Shown here in pieces: positions 27,101 through 40,300 of a DNA stretch of 50,254 nucleotides. Source of the stretch: a virus (lineage: Duplodnaviria > Caudoviricetes). Under the pieces are notes generated by a model. That model was not told the origin of the DNA. It did not search any database and saw only the letters and a list, made by a program, of their open reading frames with translations. Both the position numbers and the translations under genes were made by a program. The stretch lies in the IMG/VR virus record IMGVR_UViG_3300005613_000093, positions 1-50,254 of that record; one strand, written 5' to 3'. The first letter of the stretch is position 1, and every line of letters starts with the position of its first letter.

Positions 27101-28371
27101 CCTACAAAAAGAGAATGGATATCTTTAATAAAGCTTGTAATTACTTTTGTTTTTTCAGTAGTATTTATTTTTTCTTTTAATTGACTAATTAAATACTTCT
27201 CTGCTCTGTTAGGCCCTTTTCTTTCAAGATATATTATTCTAGCCTCAAGAACCTTTTTTACTTTATCAAGTAATTTATCATAGTTAGTGTAAGTATGAAT
27301 CTCAACTTCTTCAGAAGTATCTTCTGCTGGACTAACCTTTTCTAAAAATTCTCTTGAAGAATCAAGGTAAAACATTGGTTCTTCTTTAACATCTGTAACT
27401 ACACTATCATCTGTATTAGTAATCTGAATAGGAACAATACCTAATTCTTCATCTATAGCAAAAGTAAATCCTTGACTAATAGCTAATCCTTTATATATAG
27501 ATAACTGAGCAGCATGTCTTTCTTTCTTAGATGACCTTTTTGTTCCATCTGATTTTTTAAAAGGTCTATCATATTGGTTATCAAATGTTCCTTTTTTATA
27601 AGGCATAAACCTACCACTACTAGGGTCATAGTTAGTAGGATTGACACTAGATTTTAAGTCAAAAATTCTAAGACTACCATCAGGATTAACTATTACAATA
27701 TCAGCAGTACCAGCTAATCCAACTTCTTCATTAAAGAAAGTCATTTGAGTTAGTATGACACTTCCAGGAAATTTTTCCTTAAACCTTGTCATTATCTCAA
27801 ATGTTTTATTTGCTACATCTTCAGTAAGTAAAATCTGTTTACCACTTTTAGTAATGTAATCTACTAGAGCAGATTTAGCTTGGTCTAAAGTACTACCTTT
27901 AACTACTTCTGATAGGATAAAGTCTACTTGATTTCCCCACTCTCTATTGTTTTCATACAGAGCTTCATCTCCTTCAAACCTATAGTAACCATCATTTTGT
28001 GATTCTATGTAAGATGTAGTTCTCTCTAAAGCCTTGTTAGTTTTAGCAATCTTGTATCCAGTATCATCTTTAATAATTTCACCTTGAAGCATCAGTAGTT
28101 TTTCTACAGCTTCTTTCATCTCTTTAGGTGCAGGAACACCATATTTTGAAGCATATCCTTCAAGCTGGTCTTGGTATATTTGTACATCACTAGGACTTAA
28201 TTGATTGTACTCTAAATCATAGATAGGATTTATAGCATCTAAGAATTCAGTTACTTGAGTCATAGAAGGTATTTCATAGCCATTAGCTATAAAAACTTTG
28301 TAAGCTCCAAATACCCCTAGGGCATCTTCAAGTACTCTCCATTCAGGAGTATTTTTATTAGGACATGCCAT
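24115..28371 (-). CDS. Large predicted virion/ejected protein, 1418 aa, with N-terminal PD-(D/E)XK nuclease-like domain
   Basis: MACPNKNTPEW start as in crAss-like large proteins; AGTADIV...FDLKS...QLSIY motif; C-terminal hydrophobic helix. Confidence 0.75.
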   Translation of the reverse strand: MACPNKNTPEWRVLEDALGVFGAYKVFIANGYEIPSMTQVTEFLDAINPIYDLEYNQLSPSDVQIYQDQLEGYASKYGVPAPKEMKEAVEKLLMLQGEIIKDDTGYKIAKTNKALERTTSYIESQNDGYYRFEGDEALYENNREWGNQVDFILSEVVKGSTLDQAKSALVDYITKSGKQILLTEDVANKTFEIMTRFKEKFPGSVILTQMTFFNEEVGLAGTADIVIVNPDGSLRIFDLKSSVNPTNYDPSSGRFMPYKKGTFDNQYDRPFKKSDGTKRSSKKERHAAQLSIYKGLAISQGFTFAIDEELGIVPIQITNTDDSVVTDVKEEPMFYLDSSREFLEKVSPAEDTSEEVEIHTYTNYDKLLDKVKKVLEARIIYLERKGPNRAEKYLISQLKEKINTTEKTKVITSFIKDIHSLFVGTTKYPGAVQQLSRFIQDINDGKITDPSEIITKMMTSKETIEMFRPIIAEIQGFISGEIGSVDSKPGSPLDMCDKIIRAFNRIDLLYKENINSVIAGELTKSISAKANTAYLKELKENEAIMARLNPESAAYKAREKRVNELKRDIGEEGVTFDTLLHALENGSNRDIPFVDYLLTPAISSNNPIVALFAKTLKKAFENARQISLRTANQASLVFKEYASKSTASKDNVAAFNKPFYTRVKVYDHGSKSMVDKMAFIQEIDMAAYNLEESKMWEQAGNITDPGAKNKFIESWYAQNTQALPFEDKVITNPKTGEKVVIQKGRKTLIEEKKELVDRKIITEKEFEYWLKNNQVEINGKMYYSRDFSVPSKSKYGDPRYNSIQSNPAQKSYYDYLISTYFKAQQRTPEGTRRGYILPSIAKTSIDRLVENGAINYVRDSWRNLVKFTERDIQQFGEKVEGMKVIPVLYTNSMPADDVSLDLISSILLFDQASLKFQASNEAASLGEAALQSVKEAPPLKTDVLGGRIISEAAKKAGITNWEQYVKKNDGNNIAALLSAFIDMQIYGINMIEAKVGAFGKTIDLNKVANNLMAFGSFTQIGGNPIGSAANYLQANAQVGIEAAAGDYFNTAEIAWAKLTYDINVGNYVKDFTEPVNKSFIGQLIDLWNPMQGEYLDKYGRKVSQSTFKKLWSTDTWFFLQNQGEHAIQVQTLLAMLKRNKVKRTVNGKTEEISLYDAYELGKDGIIKLKDGVQLEGNLSDNKMIDIDIQNSLHAINKRLHGVYNNFDKVVAERYWYGRLFLMYRKFFVPGLKRRFKAFGIDQELGNVTEGYFNTFVRLARTQTMDMLKELSPFSSSDNLTPLEKKNLLRASRDMGMMLTTGLIVMILGSLYEGGDDDDKKLLAYPLLFSMRLNQELNGFINPIANYKVIKNPMASQSVIEKVLRLTGQLFDPFETYEKRTGAWEKGDYKIVARLLKLFGLNKNIFTPEEVIKAMEVKF

Positions 28372-31300
28372 TAGTTACAATTATTTATTAGTTCAATAAC
28401 ATCTGAATCTGCTACATTAGCAAAGATATTAAATAAAGTAGTAGGTTTATCAAGGTTAACTCTTTGTACAGGATTACTTGCAAACTCCTTAAATCCTTCT
28501 ATATCTTGTTTACTTCCTAATATGTGGATTTGTTCTGGTTCAAATACTACATATTCGTTAGAACCTTCTTCTTTAGGAATTTGTGGTAAAACAGAATCAT
28601 AATTGTTTTTAACTAAATTATTTGTAAATTCTTCAGCTTCTTCTTTATTACCTAGTTTAGTTTGTTCTTCTATATCCTTTGAATCTGCATTATAAGGATT
28701 TTCTACATTAAGAATTGAAGTTACAATATTGGGTTGTTTTTTATACAAAGATTTCCACCAATCAATTAAATCGTTTTTAGTCTCATTAAAGTAGAAACCT
28801 TTTCCATAGAATCCATAGTTTAAAGTATTGCTTGATATTTTACTTTTGTCAAATGAATCTATAGAAGAATTAGTTGCATGATAAACAATATCCTTTACTT
28901 TACTATCAGGGAATATACTATCAAGATATTGAGAATACTGTTCAAGTGTTCCTATAGAAGCTAATTCAGGATTAGATTCAAATAGTTCTTGTACACCTGG
29001 CTTAATAGATGGTTTTTTATATCCCTTACCTAGCATAGTACCTAAATCAATAGGATTATCTATTACTAACATAGAAGATAATTCTTCCATACTAGTATTA
29101 GGGTCTAACTCAGAAGGAATTACTTTTTTATTCTCATTGCCTAGTAATGACTTCAAGTATTCAGATACTCTCCTTAAGAATGTTTTAATAGCATTCCAAA
29201 GACCTTTTTCTTGTTTCAAAGATTGCTGGTCAGCAGCATACTGTCCTATTAAATCTACTATAGTTTCTTCTAGTTGTTGCTCATATGTTAGCTCAGGATA
29301 TAGTTTCTTAACCTTCTCAAAAGTGCTTCTTCCTATCTCAGTTTTACTAATTTGAGATACTAAGTTTTTATACAATAAAGGATTTTGAACTTTAATTATA
29401 GCTATAAATGGGTGAGCAAACTCATGGAAAGGAGTGTCTAACTTAGCTTTGTTAGGATTAATTAAAACCACACCATCTTTGAACTGTCCTAAACCAGGAA
29501 TAGATGTATCATATTTCCAGCTTATACCAAATTTATTAGATAGTTTATCTAAGATATTTGTTAAAGCAGCTTGGTTAATAGGCTGTTTTGAAGATGATTT
29601 TGATTGATTTTTCCTTTTCATTACTAATTCAACAGCTTTATCTCTAGAAACATTAAAAGTAGTCATTAAAGTTTGAACTTCTTTCTCTTGACTAGGAGTT
29701 AAAGTAGTTGGCTTTTCTGAAGGAGTACTTGTTGCTTTTGGAAAAGCAGAGCTTACACTACTAGGTGCAGGTGTAGCTGCAGGTGTAACTGAAGGAGATA
29801 GGAGTGGATTAAAACTTTGGTTTATTTTAGCAAGAGCTGCTAAAATAGCATTTTCCTGCTCTGTAGTAGCTTCTTCTGCAGAAGCTATTTCTGCATCAGT
29901 AGTAGCACTTTGTTTTGCTTCTCTTATTATTCTAAATGCTTCTAATTCTTCAGTAGTCCAAAACCAAGGAGCTATAGACTTTTCTAAGTAAGGATTAACT
30001 GGAATATAAGTAGCAGCTCCTCCAGTCATCTCTGAAGCAAAAAGATTATTATCTGAAGTATTACGAGAGTACTTAAGGTCTGTTTCAACATTACCATTTT
30101 TATCAAGTCTTATTTCATTTCCAGTATGTAGTATATCTAACTTAAATAATACTTTAGTAGCTCCCCCTTGTCCATCTTCCATTGTAACTTGAATAAAAGG
30201 AGGATATATTATTTTACCATTCTTTTCATCAAATAATCCAGTAGTACCAAGGATAGCTTTATTTATACCCATTATTTTTTTTATCTCCTCTGCAGTAGCA
30301 CCCTTTTTTACTCCTTTTTTAAGATTAAAAGTAAGAGTTTTTTTAATGCCATCATAAAATACAGGAGCTTCTTCTTTGACGAGAGCTTTTACATCTTCTG
30401 CAGTAGCCTCTCCTAAACTTTCTAATCTTCTTATTTCTGCTATATCTACTTTTGAACTATTTACACTTAAAATGACATCTAATTTATTTCCTTTTAAGTA
30501 AAAGTTATTAGGTGCATATCTTGCAAATAGTTCTACAAACTCATGTACAAGTTTTTCTTTTGGTACACCAAACACTTCTTCAAAAGAACCTTGTCCATTT
30601 GAAAATAAGTCTTGTACTTTATCTAAACCTACAGATATGTTTTTAAGGAATATTGGAGCAATTTGTCTAATGAAAGTATCAGATTTAAACAAACCTGCAT
30701 CTTTCATCATAAGATACATAAATGCTTCTGCTGCAAAATGTTTTGCTTCTGGGTCAGGAGATGTAGCTAATAACTTAAAATCATCAATAAGTCTTTCTAC
30801 ATAGTCAGGGTTATTCTTAGTTCTAGAGTTAAATGCTAGCTTATGTAAAGTCAATCCTTTAAGATTAGACCTGTTCTTTTCTCCAAAAGGAATTTTATCA
30901 GCAATTAAAGCTCTTAGTAAAGCATTATTTTTAAACTCTTCTTTTTGTAGAAGTTTAGAATGTAGATTTACTAAGTCTTCACTAAATAGACTATTGATGT
31001 CTGGGTTTCTAATATTTTTAATTTGTCTGTAAGCTCTCATACTTAAGAAAGCTAGTAGAGCTTTCCTCATACTACTAGCATTCTCTTTATAGTTTAAGAA
31101 GTTGTCCTTAAATGAGATGCTAGCCATATCCATTATTTCCCTCCCTGTCTTGGTTTCTAGGACAAAAAATTTCCCAGAGTCCTCTAACATAAGAGTAAAA
31201 ATCTTAATGTTAGTACTTAGTATCTTATCCCCCTTAATCATAGGAAGGACATCCATAGGAAGATTTTCTATTTTAGCTTTAGGGTCTCTTTCAATCTCAA

Positions 31301-34300
31301 AATCTTCTATCTTATCTCCTTTTGTACCTTTCTTTTGAACTACGGCTAGTCCTAGTTTTTCTAAGCTATTTCTGATATTATAGTTCTCAGCAAAAGTAGG
31401 CTTAAGTCCTCTAGCTAGACCAATTAAATCAGATAGATTTCTCAGGTAGTCAGAAATTTCTACAGAAGAAAACATTCTTTGTAAAGAAACCATCTGTATA
31501 TAATTATACTGACCTTCATTTAGACTAGAGCTACTGGGGTCTTGGCTATACTTTAATGCCTCTATAAGATTAGGTTCATTAAAATCAACTATAAAGTCAG
31601 GGTTAACACCTTCTTCATTACCTACAGTAGTTTTGATTTTTTCAAAGTATTTACTTATTTCAAGTAAATATACTCTAGCCTTGTTAGTTTTATTTTTCTC
31701 TAAATCAGATTTATTAGACTGAAGTGCAGATACTACATCTACTAAAGCAGGTTGTTTTTGGGTAAGCACAGCTAAGTTAAAAGGTTCACCCATACCAATT
31801 CTAAGTAGTACAGAGCCTAGTGTTTCATAGGACAAGTTAAACCTAGCAGCTTTAGGGTCTTTACCATTATCTGTCATAGCAGATATAATCTGGTCAATTA
31901 AGTCATTTACCCTTACTCCTTGTTTATTAAGAATTTCTCCTTTAGGGCCTACAGTTAATTCAAAACCATCTGAAAGGTCTTGGATAAAATTCTGAAATCC
32001 AGGATTCTTTTTAAGGAAAGCTTCACTAAATTTTACTTTATGTTTATGTAGCCTTTGGAACATAAGGTTAAATACAGCTGCAGGGCCAATGTTTTCTTTA
32101 CCAGTATCATTAGATACAGCTGCTGCATTTTTAGATGCAGCATCATGAATGCCTTCTAAAATAGTTTCATCTTCAATACCTTCTTGACCAAGTCTTTCTT
32201 CTAATGCATCAAAGTCTTTAGTAGATGTAGTAGTATTTCCTATCTCTTCATTAGAGTTATTATAGATTAAAGAACCTGTTAAAGGAATAAGCAAGTTGTT
32301 AATCTCTGATATAGTTATAGGGTTAATAGCACTAAAGTCTCCTTTTTCATAAGCATCCCTATTATCTTTAACTCTTTTCCCAAACTCTTCTTTAAATTTC
32401 TCTTCACTTGCAGGATATCCAAAATGCTCTAAAGATTCAATACCTATTTCAGTTTCTATATCTCTTAGAGTTTTATTAATTCTTCTAATGCTACCTTTTA
32501 GTTCTTTGATTTCTTCAGGAGTTAGAGTTACCTCTTCCTGTATAGCAATTTGTTTAAGTGTTGCTGCAACAAAAGTAGCATCTTTATTCTTCTGCTCTTC
32601 AGAATATTGAGGTAATGCTGTTACAGAATTAGGTATAGAATTATCTTCACTTACTTCATCCCCACTAAAATAACTTTCAATTATATCGTTAATTTCTTGC
32701 AGGGTATCTTCATAAGCATCTAATCTGCCTTTTGATACTTTCTTCTTTAGTTCCTCTTTAGTTTGACTTAGCATCTGTCTAAGCAACTGATATGGTGTGC
32801 TATTTTGCAGTCTTAAGTCTCTTTCCTTTTTTACATCCTTAGCTTGAGAGTTTTCTCTTATATACTCTTGCCTAGCTTGTTCAATAGAATCTTCAAGCTT
32901 TTCTGCTTTTAAGTACTGACCAAACCAATGAGGTTTATTATTAAGGCTAAAGAAATCAAAAGTTCTTAAGTACTCAGCATCAACGTCAAAGTCAGCACCA
33001 GACAATTTAAGAATCTCATAAGGTAGCATGATTTGATTGCCTGTTTCCATAGGCAAGAAATCTACAACCTTAAAGTAACCCATAGAGTGTTTATCCTGTG
33101 TTGGAATCCTAACACCAAACATTTCCAGTAGTTCAGAAGGAATATTATCACCAGGCTTTAAACCTAAATGTTCAGCAAACTGTGCACTGATTTTTATCTC
33201 AGTATATAGATTACCATTATCATCTGTCTTACGGAACTCTAATCTTCTAGTAGTTACTTTACCTGCATACTTTTTAGGGTTTTCTTGGAATTCATAGTCA
33301 GTTATAATCTTACCATTCATTTCCATTACACCACTACCAAAGTCAGATATTAATGTTAGCTTATGTCCAGGAGCTTTTACTTTTAAAGTATTCTTGGATA
33401 TATAAGATAAGAACATTGACTCTAGTTTGTCAATAGTAGAAGGCATGTTTAAGTTAAACTCAGGCTTACCTGATACAGACAAACTTTCAGAAACCATTTC
33501 AATTAAGTAAGGGTCTGCTCCAGTTTGCATTAAGTTATCCTTAAACATACTAAGTAAGTACCTATATCTAGGAATATTGTTTTCAATAATAGTTTTTCTC
33601 ATTTCTTCAAAGCCTCTCTTAGCTCTATCAGCTACAAGCTTTTCAAAACTATCTACTACATTTCTTAAGGTAGTTTGTTTACCTAAAACATTTGCTTTAG
33701 TATCTAGCTTTTGTTCAGAGAAAACTGTGTTTAAAAGCTGAGTAGGGTCTACAACTTTACTCTTAATAGAATCAGTTTTTACTTGCTCTTTGAAAGATTC
33801 ATCATCTACTTGAATTGGGTCTAAGTTCCAAGTAAATCCTATTTCATTATTTCCTTCTACAGTACCTACATTAGCTTTCATGGTTTTGATAGCAGAGTCA
33901 AATATTAAAATGTCTATGTTATCTAACTCTAACTTATTAAGCAAATCATGATTAGCTCTAGCTGAAGGAATTGGTTTCCATAAACTATGTAACCTTTGGT
34001 ATAGTTCTCTTTGTAATATTAAATTTCCTTGTCTTCTAGCTTCAAAGATTCTGTCATATAGTTCATCAGCTTCTTTTCTATCTTCAGGAAGCATATAAGA
34101 AGTTTCAGACCTTAATAAAGTTTTAATAGATGTTTTATCATAGAAGTATCTATTAACACCTACAATCTTTCTGGGGCTTACTAAAGCATTAAAGTGCTTA
34201 AGGGTTCTAACTTCTGCTAAACTAGCTCTGTAGCCTTTCTCCATCTTCTCATATATCCTAGCTACCTCTTTAGGTAACTTACCAGAGGACATCAAATATT

Positions 34301-37300
34301 TATTGATATACCAATTTAAAGTACCTAAGTTTTGAGCATCTGTTGTATCTTGTTCATCTAAACCTTCAATCTTTTTATCTTTAACAGTATTCTTATCATG
34401 TCTATCTTTAGCTAAAATACTTTTTACAATAGCTACTCTTGTAACTCCAGTTCCTAAAGAAGGTCCTGCTGCAATAAGTCTTGAGTTTCTTTTTACTACA
34501 TCTGTAGGATCTTTAAACAACATAGCATAATCTCCATTGACTAACATATTGTAAGTCATAGAGTTTATAAAGTCATTAAAGAAGAAATCAGATAATGCAG
34601 CCATATCAACACTACCATCACTATTTTCGTAGTACTCAGGAAGAAGTCTGTTTTTATATGTTACTTGTTGTTCAGATTCTCCAAAATCAATACTTTTTAA
34701 TCCTGTTTCTTGATTAACTAATTCAGTTTTAAGATTAAAGTTCTTTTCTAATTCTGTTTGTAACCATTTAGAAAATCTAGGAGGAAGCTTTGCTTTATCT
34801 GTTGCAAAGGCTGTAGGAAATACTAATTTTTTATATTTAGAATCAAGAATACTCTGAATAGCTTCAGTATTTAATCTAACAAACTCATTAAAATCTTCAT
34901 CAGTATCTTGCCAAAAATCTCCAGCCTTTTGTCCTTTTTTAGTTATAATAGGAAGAGCATTAGGATTTTTGTTTCCTTTGCTGTCTGTTCTTATTAATGC
35001 TTGAGTTGTAGATACATTTTTATCTGTACCTAACATTTCAGCATTTTCAGTAAATATAAATCCTGTATCTCTATTATTAGGAGCAGTACTTTTAGTATAA
35101 AATTGAGAGCTTATAGAAACTTGAACTCCATTTTCTGTTTTAGTTTCTACCTCTATAGGAGTAATAAGTCTATTCCTAGAATTAGAAATCCTTTTTACAT
35201 ACTTATCAAATAAGCTAGGAGCATACTGATTTTTAATTAATCCTTTGATTTGTTCTGCATTGGTAATAGGTTTACCTTGTTTAGCATCTTGTAGTACTTT
35301 AACATATAATGCACGGTCAAGCTTCATCAACTCCTTAAACTGGAAGAAATCATGGCCTTTGCCTTTAGTATAATCTCTCTTACCTTTTTTATCAATTATA
35401 TAATGGTAGCCTTCAATATCATAAACACTTTGTCCTTGTTCATCTTGCTTATCATTATTTAAGATAAAGCCTACTTCTTTTTGAACATTACCAATTCTGT
35501 TGTACTCTTGTAAGAAAGCATTATAAATGTACTCTACACCTAACTTAGTTAGTTGTCCATTAGAATCTGAGAATTTTTGTACTGGTAGCTGAACAGCATT
35601 TTGAGTATTCTTAGCTTCATTAACCCCTACAACAATAGGGGCTGATGCTCTCTCTTTCTTTCTATTTACTCTTCCATCTTTTAATACAGCACCTGGAAGT
35701 CTAAACTTTTTCCTTAAAGTGTTACCAGCAGAATTAGCAAAGAAAGCTAGTGCTTGTATAAGTTTTCCTTTACCATCTAATGAACCATAAGATGTACCAG
35801 AAGAACCTTTAAAAGTTTGTTCAAATAATTGCTGCTCACCATCAACATCTACTTCTTCTAGAGAAGCAACTCTCATACCATCAATAATATATGATGCTAA
35901 GTTATTAAGTAGCTCTACAGAAAAGTCATAATTTTCATCTGTATCAGTACTAATATTACTGGTTTCAGCACCACTCTCATCTACTGAATTTTGTAGACCA
36001 AGAAGATAAGGGTTATTCTTAATAGTCTGATACATGTTTTTAGCAAGGTAATACTCATAAGGAGTTCCCTCTGCAGCCATCATACCTAAAATTATTTCTG
36101 CTCCTTTTTCATCACTTTCTTCTTCTCTAATAGCTATAATTAAATTTGCAGCAGACTTAGCTCTTTTCTTCCATTTTTCTGTTTCACTAGTTAAATAAGA
36201 AGGCTGAATGTAAGAATAGATGCTTTTACCTTCAGAGTTTTGGAAAGTAACAGAAGCAACTGTTTCATCAAATACAGTATTTGAAGCAGCCATTTTTTTA
36301 AACCTTCCTATAGCAGCAGTATCTTCTTGTTCAGAATCTGGTTCTGTATTTAATTTTTTAACAAAAGGATTGTTGCTAGGACTTTGAGCTATTGACCTTC
36401 TTATTTCAGTAACATCTTCGGAAGTAAATCCTGGAGTATCTTGGAACAATATATACTCAGACATTAAATCTAAGTAATAAGGTTTAATAATATCATCTCC
36501 TGTAGCAATTGCTTCATTAATAACTGTTAAGTTCTTACTAACAATACTATGCCTAATATATCCTTTAGATAGAGAAATTCCTAAACTTAAAAATAGTTTT
36601 TGAATTTCATTTATAGCATCAGTTAAACCTTCAATACTAGCTACTATAGTTTCATTATTAAAGATTGTTCCAATATTAGTAAGTATTCCCATTGTTCTTG
36701 TTTCTTCATCTTCTAGTCCACTATTAATAAAACTTCTTGCCCACTCATCTACTTGAACTGCACTGTCATCTTTTACATTTGACCTATATGCTTTTAACTT
36801 CTTTGACTTATTATCATAGATAACTACAACTTGTGGTACTTTATTCTTTTGGAATGAAGTAGCAAAATTTGAGAATAATGAAGACCTACTTAAAATAGAA
36901 ATGTCTGTATTATTTCTAGAATCAAAGTTTACAAACCCTAAAGAATGTAACTCAGTATTTATACTTGAGGTAAGATGATTATAGAAAGCATAGGCTGATG
37001 GGTTATTTTCAGCAAAAGCCTTAAGCTTAGGAAGCATATCTTTTATAGGAGTATTTGCTAATACTCTTTCTACTCCAGTATAAATTCTGAAAGCATTAGA
37101 AGACATTCTGAACTTTTCTTGGCTTAGGTCAGCAAATTCTCCAAATCCAAACTCATCTACACCTTCAGTAGTAAAAGCAATAAACTGCCTCATTCTAGAA
37201 CTTAATGTTCCAAATCCACCTATCTCTGCAATATTTTGGTCAAAGTTTCTTTCACCTACCTCATTATCAAAGTAGTCTTCTAATTCTTCTTCTTCAGTAG

Positions 37301-40300
37301 TTTTTAAGTTAAACAGAGCTAGTCTCTTGCTAACTTCTTCAGCTATACTTTTTATGTTCTCTGCTTCTTGTAAAGATTCAGATACATTTTGAATAGTACT
37401 AAGAATTTTTGAAGCTTTAGCAGTGTTACCACTATCAGCTAAAGCTTTCAGTTCATCTCTAAAAGTTGCAGGACTATAATAATTAGTAGCCATATCACTA
37501 ATCAGATTATAAATATCTGATTCAGTAATTCTACCTTTTTCTTTTTCTAAACTAAGTGCTTTGGATGCAATTGTATTTATAATCCTTTCACTTTGAACAG
37601 AGTTAAAGTAACCTTGTTGAACTTGGCCATCAATAAAAGCTTTTTTCCTTTTAATCAAAGAAAAAGCTGGCTCTCTAAATTTTACTAAAGGGTTAAAAGG
37701 TTTAGAGTTTTTAAACTTACCAGCATAAATATCTTGGAATAGTAAATCTAAATCACTTTGGTTATCCTTAATAATACCTAAAAGCTTTTTAATCTTGTCA
37801 AATAGAATACCAATTAAACCTTTTGGTTTTTCACTATCCTTCTTAACTGCATAGCTTTTAAATCCTTCAGCCATTTGTTCCTCTAACCAAAGATTTTCTA
37901 GTTCTTTTCTAGTTAGTTTGGCAAATGATGATGATGAGTTTCTAAGATTTATAATATCTTGATTAGTAGGATTACCATATTGTTTTCTAGCAGCTGCGTA
38001 GTAAGCATTAATTTGAGTAGGACTTAGCAAAGTTCTAAACACAGCATGAAAAGCTTCATGGTATTCAGTACCTACTCCTGCTTTTTCAGATAGATAAACT
38101 ACATTATTAAAGAATGCTCCCCAAGTTATACCATTGTTCTTAACATTAGTTAGGATGTTTCTAACATCTTGAATAGAGAATACACCATTTGGATTTTGTG
38201 GTGTTCTCATATTCAGCATTCTAGCTAAGTTACTTTCTGCTGTTTGCATGTTAATCCTTTCAACAGCTTCTGTAGGACTTATACTAAAAGGAGCAGGTTC
38301 ATTACTATCATCTTTAGGAATAAGACTATCTCTTTCTTGGATTAATCTATTATACTCATCACTATTCTGTAATCCAGAAAGAGCTAATCCAAGTAAATCA
38401 GCATCTATCTCTTGTATTCTTTGTGCCTTTTGCTCATCAGTCATACTACTTGCAGGAGTACTTTCTAAAGCAGCTAGTTCTGCATAAGCACTGCTATCTT
38501 TTCTACCAACTTCTTCAAGAGCTTTCATAGCCTGCTCTTTAGTCATTGTACCCTTTTTAACAGCATCTACATATTCTGCATCATATTTAGCATTGATTAC
38601 ATCTTTAATATCTATACCTAATGTAGTTCTTGCACCACCCCCCATTTCAATTATTTCAGCAGGAATTTTTAATTCTGTTCCTAAATAATCTAATGTTAAC
38701 ATCCCATTAGAATAACCAATAGGCATTTTTTCCCAGCCTAAAACATCTGTTAAATATTCTCTAAATTTTATTAATTGTGTTTTAGCATTTCCTTGTACAA
38801 GAACATAGTTTGTTAAAGGTATATTTATAGCTAAGTCTTCTTGTCTTCCTTTTTCTATATCAGCTATAGTATCTGTACTTCCAGCAGGTGCTGATGGTGG
38901 TGGTGGAGTAGAAGTTGCTGATTTTATTTTTCTTTCTAATATTGTATTTAGGTCTCTTTTTTTATTATCAGGAATAGGTGAATCTTGTATTACCTTTCTT
39001 AACTCTTTAACAACCCTATCACTTTTTAACTGTTCTGGTGTAGATGAATTAATTAGAGTTAAAAGTTCATTATATATTTCCTGTTGTTTATTTTCAGGAG
39101 TACCTGAAGTATTCTCAGGATTAGTTTCTGTTCTTTCTTTTAAACTTTTAGGTCTTAGTACTATGCTAGGGGTTAAGCTTACATTTAACCTCATCTGTCC
39201 CATGTTCTCAACTACACTATCTTCGCTTACCTTATCTACTCTAGAAAAGAATCCACCTATACGAATAGGCTGACCTTTATCTAGTAAGAAAGGTTTTCCT
39301 CTTTCAGCTTCTAATTTTATTTTACCATTGATAATATCTATTAATTTATCATAACTGTTAACTGGTGAAGAAGTTTTTCCAAATCTGGCCATTAATTTAC
39401 CCTCTTCATTAACTGAAAGATATAGGTCTACATATTGTTTATCTTTAATTCCAACTACATCTAAAGCTAAAGAAACATATCCAAACTTACTGATTTGAAT
39501 CTCTGCAGTAATGGATTTTGACAAAGCAAATGTTGCATCTGGATTAGCAGTATTTGTTAATAAAGATAAAAAGAAGTCATTGTTATTCTCATCTCTAAAA
39601 GTAACTCCACGGTCTGAAGGATGTATTGGAATGCCTTTATCAGTAGTAACACCTCCATCTTTTATTTCTTCCTGTCTAGTTTTAATTAAGTCTACTAGTC
39701 TGCTAAAAAGAGTTTTTCTCTCATCTGTAGTAGTTATTTTTTTATTTTCAGCAGAAGGAAAACCTATAGATAAGAAAGAATACTTTGATGTTTGAGTAGG
39801 TTTGTTAACCATCATAACATACTGTCCAGTTATTCCTTCATAATTTTTATTTGATGCTAGTAACTCTTCATATATTTGAATTACTGCTGTAGCCTCAGCA
39901 CCTTCTAACAAAGTCCATTTTCCATCTTTTTTAGCATATGCTTTAAAGTCATCACCTGAACTTCTTCTAATTATTAATTGAGAAGTGTTTTGTTTTTGAA
40001 CTTTTTTACCAGCTTCAACTGTTTCATAAGTATAAGTAATTCCATACCCTTCATCAGGTACAACTGATATATTAGGTCTTTCTTCTAATGGTACATCTTT
40101 TAGAACTTTATATGGAAAGTTTTTATTAGTATAAAATAAGTTATTAATAAACTCTGTACTTGCTCCATTATTTGTTTCTAGCTCTTTAAATAGCTCTAGC
40201 ATAGTAGCATAGTAAGTTTGAACATTCAATCCTTCTGCAGATACTTGTGGTTCTTGAGAACCATCAGTATTATTAATAATATCAACAAAAGAAGAATTTA

